Below, piece after piece: positions 50,837-61,000 of a DNA stretch of 64,000 nucleotides. Within the stretch, counting starts at the first letter, position 1. Every line of letters begins with the position of its first letter. Below the pieces are notes generated by a model. The model did no database searches, was not told the DNA's origin, and was given only the letters and a program-made list of their open reading frames with translations. Source of the stretch: Deltaproteobacteria bacterium (lineage in GTDB: Bacteria; Desulfobacterota; Binatia; UTPRO1); NCBI GenBank assembly GCA_020852955.1, contig JADYZW010000035.1, forward strand, positions 26,024-90,023, in the 5' to 3' direction. The translations under genes were made by a program, and so were the position numbers.

Positions 50837-51319
50837 CTACAGGTGCGCGAGCACCGCCTCGGCGCTCGAGACGCTCAAGCCCGGTCCCGCCTCGACGAGC
50901 AGCTTCTCGACCCGCCCGTCGCGCAGGATCATCGCGTACCGCTGCGAGCGCTGCCCCATCCCGAAGCCCGAGGCGTCGAGTCCGAGGCCGACCGCGCGCG
51001 TGAAGTCGCCGTTGCCGTCGGCGAGCATGCGCACCTTGCCACCCGCGTTGCCGCTCCGGCCCCAGGCGTCCATCACGAAGGCGTCGTTGACCGCCAGACA
51101 CACGATCTCGTCGATCCCCTTCGCCCGCAACGCCTTCTCCTGCTCCACGAAGCCCGGCAGGTGCTTCATCGAGCAGGTGGGCGTGAACGCTCCGGGCACC
51201 GCGAACACCACGACGCGCTTGCCGCGCGCGAGTTCCGCCAACGACACCTGCGACGGTTTGCCGTCCGCCATCTCGGTGAGCTTCACATCGGGAACCGCAT
51301 CGCCTTCTTTGATCGCCAT
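50837..51319 (-). CDS. peroxiredoxin (Prx5/type II)
   Basis: PGAFTPTCS..HLPG, VNDAFVM.AW, RSQRYAM; GGAGG SD. Confidence 0.95.
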   Translation of the reverse strand: MAIKEGDAVPDVKLTEMADGKPSQVSLAELARGKRVVVFAVPGAFTPTCSMKHLPGFVEQEKALRAKGIDEIVCLAVNDAFVMDAWGRSGNAGGKVRMLADGNGDFTRAVGLGLDASGFGMGQRSQRYAMILRDGRVEKLLVEAGPGLSVSSAEAVLAHL

Positions 51320-51613
51320 GGCCGTCCTCCCTGGTCGTGTCGGGGGGACGCACCGCGCCCGATCCGACACCTCCCCCATGCCAAAGCGCCCCCGCGGCCG
51401 CAACCGCGGCGCGCCCCGGGGCCGCCGAGCCGTCCCGTCCGCGCCCGGGCGGGCGCAAGGCGCCGGCCGACGGCCGCGCCGCGCACGACACGAGCCCCGC
51501 ATGGCGGTTGACGCTGCCGGGTCTCGCCACCTACAAGGCTCCGTCGCCGGCCCGACCGGCGACCCGAGGCGCCGCCTTCGCGTCCCGGGACCGAAGAAGG
51601 AGCCGACCCCCCA

Positions 51614-52150
51614 ATGTCGTTGCTGAAGCTCCTCGGATGGGCGGATGCCGAGCCACCCGCGGAGCGCCTCGCCGCCACCATCCAGACCCGGCTGACCGAC
51701 CTCCCGCCGGCGCGCGCGGAGTTCGTCGCGGCGTTCGCCGGGCTGCTCGTGCGGGTCGCGTACGTCGACCGCAGCATCTCGGAAGCCGAGCGCGCCGTCC
51801 TGACGCCGCTCCTCGCCGCCAACGCCGGACTGCCGGCGGCCGAGGCGGAGGCCGTCATGGAGATCGTCACCCACCGCGCGACGACGCTCGAAGGCATCAG
51901 CTACGCCTCGCTGACGCGCGCCTTCAACGCCATCGCCACTCCGGACGAGAAGGAACGGCTGATCGACTGCCTCTTCGCGGTCGCGACCGCCGGGGGCTCG
52001 ATCTCCCTGGTCGAGGACGAGGAGGTCCGCGCGGTCGCGCGGGCCCTGCTGCTGTCCCATCAACAGCTGATCGCCGTCCGGAGCCGCTACAAGGATCAGC
52101 TCGAGGTGATCCAGGCGGCGCGCCGGGCGCGCGGCGGCCGAGAGCCATGA
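51614..52150 (+). CDS. TerB-family protein
   Basis: LLVRVAYVD..ISEAE; LFAVA.A...IS..E...VR. Confidence 0.85.
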   Translation: MSLLKLLGWADAEPPAERLAATIQTRLTDLPPARAEFVAAFAGLLVRVAYVDRSISEAERAVLTPLLAANAGLPAAEAEAVMEIVTHRATTLEGISYASLTRAFNAIATPDEKERLIDCLFAVATAGGSISLVEDEEVRAVARALLLSHQQLIAVRSRYKDQLEVIQAARRARGGREP

Positions 52151-53235
52151 GCCGTCCGTTCGCCTTCTACGCCGCCGAAATCTCCTACTTCTCGGCGAAG
52201 GTCCGACCGGCCCTGCGGTACAAGGACGTCCACTACCGGGAGCTCCTTCCCGACTACCACGGCGTGATCCTGCCGCGGACGGGCCTCGCCTTCATCCCCA
52301 TCGTCGTCACGCCCGAGGACGACACCTGGCAGGACACGAGCGCGATCCTCGACAACCTGGAAGCGCGGATCCCCGCGCCGCCGCTCTACCCGTCGACGCC
52401 GGTACAGCGCGTGACCGCCTACCTCGTCGAGCTCTACGCCGACGAGTTCATGCTCCTTCCGGCCATGCACTACCGCTGGAGCTTCCCCGAGAGCATCGCG
52501 AAGGCGCGCGCCGACTTCGCCTCCAATGCGCCCGATGCGGCGACGGCAGAGCGCTTCGCGACCCGCATGCAGGGCTCGCTCCCCTTCCTCGGCGTGACCC
52601 CCGCGACGGCGCCGGCGATCGAGGCCCACCTCCGCGACCTCCTCGACGCGCTCTCGGCGCACCTCAGCGTCCATCCGTACCTCCTCGGCGAGCGCATGTC
52701 GCTCGCCGACTGCGCGCTCATGGGCCCGCTCTACGCCCACCTCTACCTCGACGCCGTGCCGGGGCGGCTCCTGCGCGAGACGGCGCCCGAGGTCTGCCGC
52801 TGGATCGAGCGCATGAACCATCCCGATCCCGACGCGGCGGGCACATGGCTCGCCGACGACGCGCTCGCGCCGACGCTCCGGCCGATCCTCTCGCTGATCG
52901 GCGCCGACGCCGTGCCGATGCTCCTCGACGGCCTCGGCGCCTTCGAGGCCTGGGCGGACGCACGGCCGCCGGACATGCTCGAACCGCCGCGCGGCGTCGG
53001 GGGCCACGCGTCCGGGCTCCGCGGCGTCGCCATGCAGCGCTTCACGAGCGCCTACACTCCCTGGATGGCGCAGCGCCCACTCGATCAGTACCGCGCGCTC
53101 GGCGCCGCCGGACGCGCCGCGGTCGACCGCGCCTTCACCGGCACCGGGTGCGACGCGCTCCTCCGTCACACGCCGCGCCACCGGGTCGGCAAGCGCCGCT
53201 TCACGTTGGTGCTCGAGGGCGGAGGCACGGGATGA
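52147..53235 (+). CDS. glutathione S-transferase family protein
   Basis: ISYFSAKVR, IP.V.TP...QDTS.I, YLLGERMSLAD; ATGA coupling. Confidence 0.88.
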   Translation: MSRPFAFYAAEISYFSAKVRPALRYKDVHYRELLPDYHGVILPRTGLAFIPIVVTPEDDTWQDTSAILDNLEARIPAPPLYPSTPVQRVTAYLVELYADEFMLLPAMHYRWSFPESIAKARADFASNAPDAATAERFATRMQGSLPFLGVTPATAPAIEAHLRDLLDALSAHLSVHPYLLGERMSLADCALMGPLYAHLYLDAVPGRLLRETAPEVCRWIERMNHPDPDAAGTWLADDALAPTLRPILSLIGADAVPMLLDGLGAFEAWADARPPDMLEPPRGVGGHASGLRGVAMQRFTSAYTPWMAQRPLDQYRALGAAGRAAVDRAFTGTGCDALLRHTPRHRVGKRRFTLVLEGGGTG

Positions 53236-53678
53236 GCGACGTCGAGCTCGGTGCGTTCGACCAGGCGATCGCCGACGCGATGGTGCAGGCGCACGGCGCT
53301 CCGGGCGGCCTGCCGGGCTACCTCGGCATCCGCTTCGAGTCGCTCACGGCGGGACGCCTCGTCGCCACCATGGAGGCGCGCCGGGAGCTCCTGACGCCGC
53401 TCGGCGCGCTGCACGGCGGCGTCATGGCGGGCTTCGTCGATCACACGCTCGGCTGCGTGCTCTATCCGCTCATGAAGCGCGGGCAGTGGGCCGCGACGAC
53501 CGAGTTCAAGCTGAACTACCTGCGCGCCGTGCAGGGCGGCGCGCTGCGTGCCGAAGCGCGCGTCCTCGCGATGGGGCGACGCTCCGCCGTCGTGCGCGTC
53601 GAGGTGACCCACGAGGGCGCGCTCGTCTGCGCCGCGCAGGGCACCCTCCTCGTCTCCGATCCGCCGAGCTCGGGCTAG
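53232..53678 (+). CDS. PaaI-family thioesterase
   Basis: G.LHGG....VD, T.E.KLNYLR, hotdog fold; ATGA coupling. Confidence 0.9.
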   Translation: MSDVELGAFDQAIADAMVQAHGAPGGLPGYLGIRFESLTAGRLVATMEARRELLTPLGALHGGVMAGFVDHTLGCVLYPLMKRGQWAATTEFKLNYLRAVQGGALRAEARVLAMGRRSAVVRVEVTHEGALVCAAQGTLLVSDPPSSG

Positions 53679-53685
53679 CGGCGCG

Positions 53686-54702
53686 TCAGGGGATCAGCAG
53701 CACCTTGCCGACGTTGGCGCGCGCTTGCAGGTACGCATGCGCGGCGGCGGCGTCCGCCAGGGGAAAGGTCTTCGCGATGGTCGGGCGCACCCGGCCGTCG
53801 CGAGCGTAGTCGAGCACCTTCTCCAGATAGGCGCGCAGCCGCTCCATCTCGCCCCACAGGTGGCCGAGATTGAAGCCGAGGACGCCGCGGTTCTCGTTCA
53901 TGAGGCGGACCAGGCCGAAGCGCGGCATGCGCGCGAGCTGCCAGAGCGCGGGGAGGATGCGGCGCGACGTCGCCGGCGCGAGCGACGACACGCCGTACCC
54001 GACCAGCCGACCGAGCGGGGCGAGCGCCCGGTAGCTGCGGCGGAGGTGCGCGCCGCCGATCGGATCGAGGACCACGTCCGCCCCCTTCCCGCCCGTCACG
54101 CGCTTCGTCTCGGCGACGAAGTCCTGGGCGCCGTAGTCGATCACGTGGGCGACGCCCGCCGCGCGGAGCGCCGCGTGCTTCGCCGCCGACGCGGTGCCGA
54201 TCACCTCGGCGCCGTAGATGCGGCAGAGCTGCACCGCCGCGAGCCCGACGCCGCCCCCCGCGCCGTGGATCAGCACGCGGTCCCCGCCGCGCACGTTGCC
54301 GAGCACCTCGAGCATGAGGATCGCCGTGAGGTAGTTCACGGGAATCGCCGCCCCCTCCTCGAACGAGAGGCCCGGCGGCAACGCGGCCACCTGCACCGCC
54401 GGCACGACGACCAGCTCCGCGTACCCCTCGAAGCGCGTCGGCGCGAGCACCCGCGCGCCGGCCGCGATGCCGGTCACGCCGGCGCCGACTTCGTCGACCG
54501 TGCCCGCGACCTCGTAGCCGACGACGCACGGCGGCTTCGGCGCATCGGGGTAGAGGCCCATGCGCGCCATCACGTCGGCGAAGTTCACGCCGGAGGCGGC
54601 GACCCGGATACGCACCTCGCCCGGGCCGGCGTGCGGATCGGGAACCTCGCGCACCTCGAGCACGTCGGGCGCGCCGACGCGCGGGATCCAGACCGAACGC
54701 AT
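53686..54702 (-). CDS. MDR-family oxidoreductase (VAT-1/quinone reductase-like)
   Basis: GVNFAD..R.GLYP, GYEVAG, PVNYLTA, HGAGGGVG, N.GKV. Confidence 0.9.
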   Translation of the reverse strand: MRSVWIPRVGAPDVLEVREVPDPHAGPGEVRIRVAASGVNFADVMARMGLYPDAPKPPCVVGYEVAGTVDEVGAGVTGIAAGARVLAPTRFEGYAELVVVPAVQVAALPPGLSFEEGAAIPVNYLTAILMLEVLGNVRGGDRVLIHGAGGGVGLAAVQLCRIYGAEVIGTASAAKHAALRAAGVAHVIDYGAQDFVAETKRVTGGKGADVVLDPIGGAHLRRSYRALAPLGRLVGYGVSSLAPATSRRILPALWQLARMPRFGLVRLMNENRGVLGFNLGHLWGEMERLRAYLEKVLDYARDGRVRPTIAKTFPLADAAAAHAYLQARANVGKVLLIP

Positions 54703-54704
54703 GC

Positions 54705-55595
54705 TCACCTCCCCACGGATACCGGCGGCAGCCGGAGCAGCGCGGCCGCCTCGGCCCGCGTCGCCACCCGCCGCCCCGCGCGCTCCGCCATCGCCGCGAC
54801 GGCGCGCACCAGCTCCGCGTTCCGCGGTGCGCCCGCCCCCCCATGGTCCTCGAGCCCGACCCGCACGTGGCCGCCGCGCGCGATCGCGAGGGGCGCGAGC
54901 GTCGCGAGCACGTCGCCGCCGATCACCCCGACCATCCACGGCAGGTCCGTACCCGCCAGCATCGCGAGGTAGGCGTCGAGGCCCGCCGCCGTCGGCGGCA
55001 ACCCGAAGGGCAGCGCGTCGCCCCCGAAATAGAGCTGGATCTTCCCGGGCGGAAGCCGGCCGCGCGCGTGGTAGGCGAGGGCCACGCGAAGGAATCCCGG
55101 CTCGAAGATCGACACGTGGGCCGCGAGCCCGCGCGCCGCGCACGCGTCGAACATGTAGCGCGCGTCGGCGAAGGTGTTCTGGTAGACGAGGTCCATCGCC
55201 ATCGGCAGGCCGTCGGCGTCGAGCGGCCCGAGGCTCACCGATCCCGGGTCCACGAGGGCGAGCCGCAAGAGGCCGAGGTCGGCGAGCTCCTCGACGTGGG
55301 CGTAGCGCTCGCGCGCGTCCGTATGCGGGCCGCCGCCGCCCATCGTCGGATAGAGGATCGCGTCCGGGACCCGGGCGTAGATCGCGCGCCAGGCGTCGCG
55401 ATAGGGGGCGGTCGCGTGCCGGCCGACGAGGAGCCCGTCGTCGGTGTGGTGGTGGACGATCGCCGCGCCGGCCTCGAAGCACGCGACCGCGTCGGCGACG
55501 ATCTCCTCCACCGTCCGCGGCACGTGCGGCTGCGCGTCCGGCATCGTGGCCCCGTTCAGGGCGGCCTCGATCACGAGCGGAGCGGCGCCGGACAT
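54705..55595 (-). CDS. beta-keto acid cleavage enzyme (BKACE/DUF849)
   Basis: IEAALNG, P.T.EEI, GAAIVHHH, GGHVRVGLED, VAT..EA. Confidence 0.9.
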   Translation of the reverse strand: MSGAAPLVIEAALNGATMPDAQPHVPRTVEEIVADAVACFEAGAAIVHHHTDDGLLVGRHATAPYRDAWRAIYARVPDAILYPTMGGGGPHTDARERYAHVEELADLGLLRLALVDPGSVSLGPLDADGLPMAMDLVYQNTFADARYMFDACAARGLAAHVSIFEPGFLRVALAYHARGRLPPGKIQLYFGGDALPFGLPPTAAGLDAYLAMLAGTDLPWMVGVIGGDVLATLAPLAIARGGHVRVGLEDHGGAGAPRNAELVRAVAAMAERAGRRVATRAEAAALLRLPPVSVGR

Positions 55596-55682
55596 GGCGC
55601 ACTCCTACGCGATGCGCAGGGGATTTCAAACGATCGACTCTCCGCCTTGACTACGCGCGCGACCCTGGGGGATCTTCACCCG

Positions 55683-56615
55683 ATGACACCCACCGCCCCG
55701 CGTCCCTCGACGGCCTCGGTCCGGATCCGGCTCGCGATCCTGGCCCTCGCCCTGGCATGGATTCCGGCCATCGCCGCCGCCCAGGTCTTCAAGGTCTGCG
55801 GCGACGTCGACGACAACGACGTGGTCTCCGTCACCGACGGCGTCCAGGTGCTGCGGGCGGCGGCGGGGCTCTCGACCGACTGCACCGACGCCATCTGCGA
55901 CGTCGACGTGAGCGGCGCGATCACCGTCACCGACGGCGTGGTGGTCCTGCGCAAGGCCGCGGGCCTCTCGATCACCGAGAACTGCATTCCGGACGACGGC
56001 CGCATCAACCAGCAGCTCTCCTACCTGATCCAGTTCACCCAGCCGCTGATCTCGAACGTGCTGCCGACGATCGTGGCGCATCGCGAGGAGAGCATCGACA
56101 ACGCGTTCACCTGCGACAACGGCGAGGACGGCCTCTACGAGATCTTCGTCACCGACGGCCAGCAGGACAACAGCTTCAGCGATTGCTACTTCGACAACGC
56201 CATCGTGAACGGCGATGTCGAGAACGCCAACGACGATCCGATCCTCTCGATCGAGATCGCCGAGGCCCGCAACGACGATACGATCACCTTCGACGGCACC
56301 GACGGCACGGCGCTGCTCGGCGTCAACGTCGAGGGGGGCGTGAAGTACAGCGGGCGGCTCGACGCGTCGCCGTCGTTCGAGCGCTTCGACACGAGCGACT
56401 TCCTGCTGGTGGTGGGCAACCTGCAGGTGCCCGGTGTCGGCTTCCCGCTCGGCGGGTCGATCACCTTCGAGTTCACCGAAGACTCGAACGTCCCCGACGT
56501 GCGCCGGGTGCGGATCTTCTACGACGGCTCCAACCTCGCCCGCGTCGAGGTCACGTTCAGCGACGGCGCGTTCAAGTACTACAAGTTCGAGTTGGCGTTC
56601 CTGAACTTCATCTAG
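55683..56615 (+). CDS. secreted acidic protein with N-terminal dockerin-like pair
   Basis: signal peptide AAAQ; CGDVD....SVTDGV..LR..AGL / CDVD.SG..TVTDGV..LRKAAGL. Confidence 0.8.
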   Translation: MTPTAPRPSTASVRIRLAILALALAWIPAIAAAQVFKVCGDVDDNDVVSVTDGVQVLRAAAGLSTDCTDAICDVDVSGAITVTDGVVVLRKAAGLSITENCIPDDGRINQQLSYLIQFTQPLISNVLPTIVAHREESIDNAFTCDNGEDGLYEIFVTDGQQDNSFSDCYFDNAIVNGDVENANDDPILSIEIAEARNDDTITFDGTDGTALLGVNVEGGVKYSGRLDASPSFERFDTSDFLLVVGNLQVPGVGFPLGGSITFEFTEDSNVPDVRRVRIFYDGSNLARVEVTFSDGAFKYYKFELAFLNFI

Positions 56616-56626
56616 AAGAGGCGACC

Positions 56627-57580
56627 ATGCCCGACGCCATGACCATCGAGACCGTCCGGGCGCTCGCGCGCAAGCACCGCAACTGGGGCCGCTGGGGCGC
56701 GACCGACGAACTCGGCACCGTGAACTTCATCACCCCGGCGAAGATCGCCGCGGCGGCCCGCCTCGTCCGGCAGGGCAAGGTGCTCTCGCTCGCGATCCCG
56801 TTCGACGCCAACGGGCCGCAGACGGGATTCGGAGGGCGCGTGAATCCCCTGCACCAGATGTTGCAGGACGGCGGCGACATCGCGACGGGCGCCCAGGATT
56901 TCATCCCGGGCCTGCGCTACTGCGACGACGTCGTCACCATGCCGCTCCAGTGCGCGACGCAGTGGGACGCGCTCTCGCACATCTATTTCGACGGGAAGAT
57001 GTACAACGACCGGGGCCCGGAGATGGTGACGTCGAGCGGCGCCCGCGCCAACGCGATCACCGCGCTCCGGGACAAGATCGTGAGCCGCGGCGTCCTCCTC
57101 GACATTCCGCGCCTCCGGGGAACGCCCTGGCTCGAGCCCGGAGACGCCATCTACCCGGCCGATCTCGACGCCGCGGCCGCCTTGGGCGCGGTGCGGATCG
57201 AGAGCGGCGACATCGTTCTCATTCGCACGGGGCAGATGCGTCAGGTACGCGAGCGCGGCAGCTGGGGCGACTACGCCGGCGGCCCGGCGCCGGGTCTGAG
57301 CCTCACCTGCGCCGACTGGCTCGCGGCCCACGAGATCGCGGGCTACGCGACCGACACCTGGGGCACCGAGGTCATCCCGAACGAGACCCCCGACGTCTTC
57401 CAGCCGCTCCATTGCGTCGCGATCGTCAACATGGGGATGCTGGTCGGCGAGATCTTCACCCTGGAGGCGCTCGCCGAGGACTGCGCCGCGGACGGGGTCT
57501 ACGAGTGCCTCTTCGTCGCGCCCCCGTTGCCGATCACCGGCGCCGTCGGCTCGCCGATCAACCCGCTGGCGATCAAGTAG
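56627..57580 (+). CDS. cyclase family protein (kynurenine formamidase-like)
   Basis: NWGRWG.DELGTVN, TQWDALSH, RGVLLD, IRTG, GSPINP.A. Confidence 0.9.
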   Translation: MPDAMTIETVRALARKHRNWGRWGATDELGTVNFITPAKIAAAARLVRQGKVLSLAIPFDANGPQTGFGGRVNPLHQMLQDGGDIATGAQDFIPGLRYCDDVVTMPLQCATQWDALSHIYFDGKMYNDRGPEMVTSSGARANAITALRDKIVSRGVLLDIPRLRGTPWLEPGDAIYPADLDAAAALGAVRIESGDIVLIRTGQMRQVRERGSWGDYAGGPAPGLSLTCADWLAAHEIAGYATDTWGTEVIPNETPDVFQPLHCVAIVNMGMLVGEIFTLEALAEDCAADGVYECLFVAPPLPITGAVGSPINPLAIK

Positions 57581-57639
57581 CCGACCCGGCCGCGCGCGCC
57601 TGGCGCGCGCGCGGCCGACGTGCGACACATCCGGTCGCC

Positions 57640-58029
57640 ATGTTCTCGTCGCACGCCGTCACCCGCGGCATCGAGGTCTTCGTCCGGTCGAGCTATGTGC
57701 CCGAGCAGTCCGAGCCCGACGAGCAGCAGTGGTTCTTCGCGTACCGCGTCCGCATCACCAACGGCGGCGACGCGCCCGTGCAGCTCCTCAGCCGCCATTG
57801 GGTGATCACCGACGCCAACGGCAAGGTCGAGGAGGTGCGCGGCGCGGGCGTCGTCGGCAAGCAACCGATCCTCGAGCCCGGGCGATCCTTCGAGTACACC
57901 TCCGCCTGCCCGCTCGGCACCGCGTTCGGCACGATGCGCGGCGCCTATCGGATGCAGATCAGCGGCGGCGATGCGTTCGACGCGGAGATCGCGCCGTTCA
58001 CGCTGGCCGCTCCGAACGCCGTGCACTGA
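57640..58029 (+). CDS. apaG: ApaG protein
   Basis: FAYRVRITN, QLLSRHWVITD, G.GVVG.QP, FEYTS.CPL. Confidence 0.95.
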   Translation: MFSSHAVTRGIEVFVRSSYVPEQSEPDEQQWFFAYRVRITNGGDAPVQLLSRHWVITDANGKVEEVRGAGVVGKQPILEPGRSFEYTSACPLGTAFGTMRGAYRMQISGGDAFDAEIAPFTLAAPNAVH

Positions 58030-58053
58030 CCGTAGCGCCCGCGGGCGCTACGG
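58030..58053. terminator. perfect 24-bp palindrome between convergent genes
   Basis: ccgtagcgcccg|cgggcgctacgg. Confidence 0.55.
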
Positions 58054-61000
58054 ACAGCCGCCGAGGCTCGTGATCCAGTCCGCGAGGAGCGCGCTCCCCT
58101 CCGCATCCTCGATCAGGGTCGCGAGCGGCGGCATCTGCTGCTGGCCCCGCAGCGCCGCGCGCAGCCAGAGCACCGATTGCTCGGGGTGGCCCGGGCTCAC
58201 GATGCGCGCCCCGGGGACGCCGAGGTCGCCCGCCTGCGGCAGCGCGCCGCAGATGAACGTCGACGCGAGGGCGGTCTCCGCGAGGAGATTGATCTGCACC
58301 GGGGCGCCGCCCTGGGGGCGGTGGCAGTGACCGCAGTTGGCGTGCAGGTAGCTCCGCGCCCGCGCGTCGAGCGACGCGGTCGCGTCGCTCGGGTCGGCGA
58401 GGCGCGGCAGGCTCGCCGGACGCGCCGGGAGACAGCCGCCGAAGAGCCCCGCGAACTCGAACGCCCGCAGCTGGTTGTCGCTCACCCCGCCGTAGTCGTG
58501 GACGCGGTTCATCTGCGCGGTCTGGAGGCCGATGGCGCCGGCCGGGCTGTTGTGGCAGCGCACGCAGTCCCCCCGGCTCGGGAAGGAGTGCGTGTGGGCG
58601 ATCGGCGATCCGGGCTGCGCCGGATCCGTCACCTGGAACGTCGCGGTGGTCGCGCTGTCGAGGAGATAGGCCTCGGTCTGCGCGTCGTTCCACTGGTAGG
58701 TGTAGCCCTCCCAGCCGCCCGCGCGCCGCACCAGGAAGCGCGTCTCGAGCGCGCGCCTCGACGCCGGATTGCCGCGCTCGAGCTCGAGGTCGAACTCCTT
58801 CACGAGGATCGTTCCGACCGGCAGGCTCCAGCCGCCCGTCGCGGTGTACCCGATCGTGCCGTTCTCGGGCAGCGCCAGGAACCGGCGCTTGCCCGCGCCG
58901 TCCGACCAGAGGGGCGACTGTACGTCGTACGGGATCAGCTCCGGCGCGGGGCGGCGGGTCGCGAGATCGTCGAAGCAGCCGGTCGCGCTGAGCGTGAGCG
59001 GGAAGACGCCGTCCGGCGGCGCTCCGCCCGGCCGCCGCAGCCGCATGATCTGCCCGGAGCTCACGTTCGTCAGGTAGATCTCGCCGTCGCGATCTTCGCC
59101 GAAGCTCGAGAGGCCGAAGGCGTGGGTCGCGAGCGGCTGCACCGCGGGCGCGCCGCCGTCCCACCGCAGCGCCGAGATCTTCCCATTGCAGTAGTCGCCG
59201 AAGACGTAGGCGCCGTAGAGCTCGGGGAGCGCCGTCCCCCGGTAGACGACCCCGCCGATGACGGCGCACGCCCCGTTGCCGTGCCCGTAGGCCGCGAGCG
59301 GAGCCGTGAAGCCGGGCGACACGCAGCTCGACAGCGGATTGTAGCAGGCCGCGCCCTCCATCTTGCGCCACCCGTAGTTCGCGCCGCGCTCGATGACGTC
59401 GATCTCCTCCCAGGCATCCTGCCCGACGTCACCCACCCAGAGCGTGTGCGCCAGGCGATCGAAGGTCATGCGCCAGGGATTCCGCAGCCCGAGCGCCCAG
59501 ATCTCCCCGCGGGCGCCGGCGACGCCCACGAACGGATTGTCGGGCGGGATCGCGTAGGCGAGCCCGGGGTCGGCGTGATCGACGTCGAGGCGGAGGATCT
59601 TGCCGCGGAGATCGTTCGGGTTCTGCGCGTAGTCGTACGGATCGCCCCCGCTGCCGCCGTCGCCGAGCGGCACGTAGAGCATGCCGTCGGGCCCGAACCC
59701 GAGGTGACCGCCTTTGTGGTTCTCGAAGGGCTGCCCTACGGTGAGCACGACCTGGCCGCTCGCCGCAACGGCCACGTCGGGATCGGCGCTCACCTGGTAG
59801 CGCGCCACCACCGAGCGGCGCGGGTTCGATGCCGAATAGAAGACGTAGAAATAGCCGTTGGCCGCGTACGCGGGATGGAAGGCGAGGCCGAGGAGCCCTT
59901 CCTCGCCATTGGCGTACGTGAGGGCGGGGCTGAGGTCGAGGAAGGTTCCGGCCGAGGCGACGCCGTCGTCGTTCGCGAAGACCTTGATGCGGCCGGTCTG
60001 CTCGACCACGAAGAGGCGATCGCTGCCGTCGGGAGCGTAGGTGATCTGCACCGGGGCGTTGAAGGTGAGACCGGCGAACGCGCGCGCCACCTCGAGCGTC
60101 GGGAACTGCTCCGGCGAGCCGTCGAGCCGGCACGTCCCTCCCACCGGCCGTCCGGCGAGCCCGTGCGGCGCCGGATCCGCGTCGCACGCCCCGTTCGGCG
60201 TGAATGTCGGCGCCGGCGTCGACGTGCCCCCGTTGCCGGGTGTCGCCGTCCGCGTCGCCGTGCGGGTCGGCGTCGGCGTGCGGGTGGCCGTCGACGTCGG
60301 CGTCGGCGTCACGCTCGGAGTCGCCGTGCGGGTTGGGGTCGGCGTGCGGGTCGGGGTGACCGTTCGCGTCGCGGTCGCCGTCGGGGTGCGGGTGGCGGTC
60401 GGCGTCGGCGTCCGCGTCGGCACCGGGACGAATCCGGGGCAGAACGCGGGCACGCGCGAGCGCCCGATGCGCGCGAGCAACGCGTCGGCGCGCGGGTACA
60501 CGAAGGTCGTCGCCGCCGCGACCTCGCAACCGGCCGTGCGCGCGAGGCAGGCGCGCCACTCCCCGGCGTCGTCGAGGAACGCGATCCCGACGGTCGCGCA
60601 GAGGGCGCCGAGCGCGCCGGCATTGGCGCCGTCGGGGCTCGCCAGCAGCGCGAACGGCACTCTGGCCTCGCCGCACGCGCCGGCGACGGCGACCGCAGCC
60701 GGATCCACGACGGGAGCCTTCCGGAAGGCCGCGTCGCAGGTCGTCGCCGCCCGCCCCCAGCACGCATCGTCGCCGCCGGACGGGTCGCCGCAGGCGAAGA
60801 GCGCGCCGAGGCACCTGTCGTACGCGCCGCGCCACGCGTCCTGGTCGCGCGCGCCGTCCTTCAGCATCGCGGCCGTGCACGGCGCCGCCTGCCGGCCGAT
60901 CTCGCCGGCGGCGCCCGCTCGCGGCGCCGTCCAGTCGGGGAGGCAGCTCGACCCGACCGGCAGCGACGAGAGCGCCCCCGACGCGGCCAGCAGCCCGACC

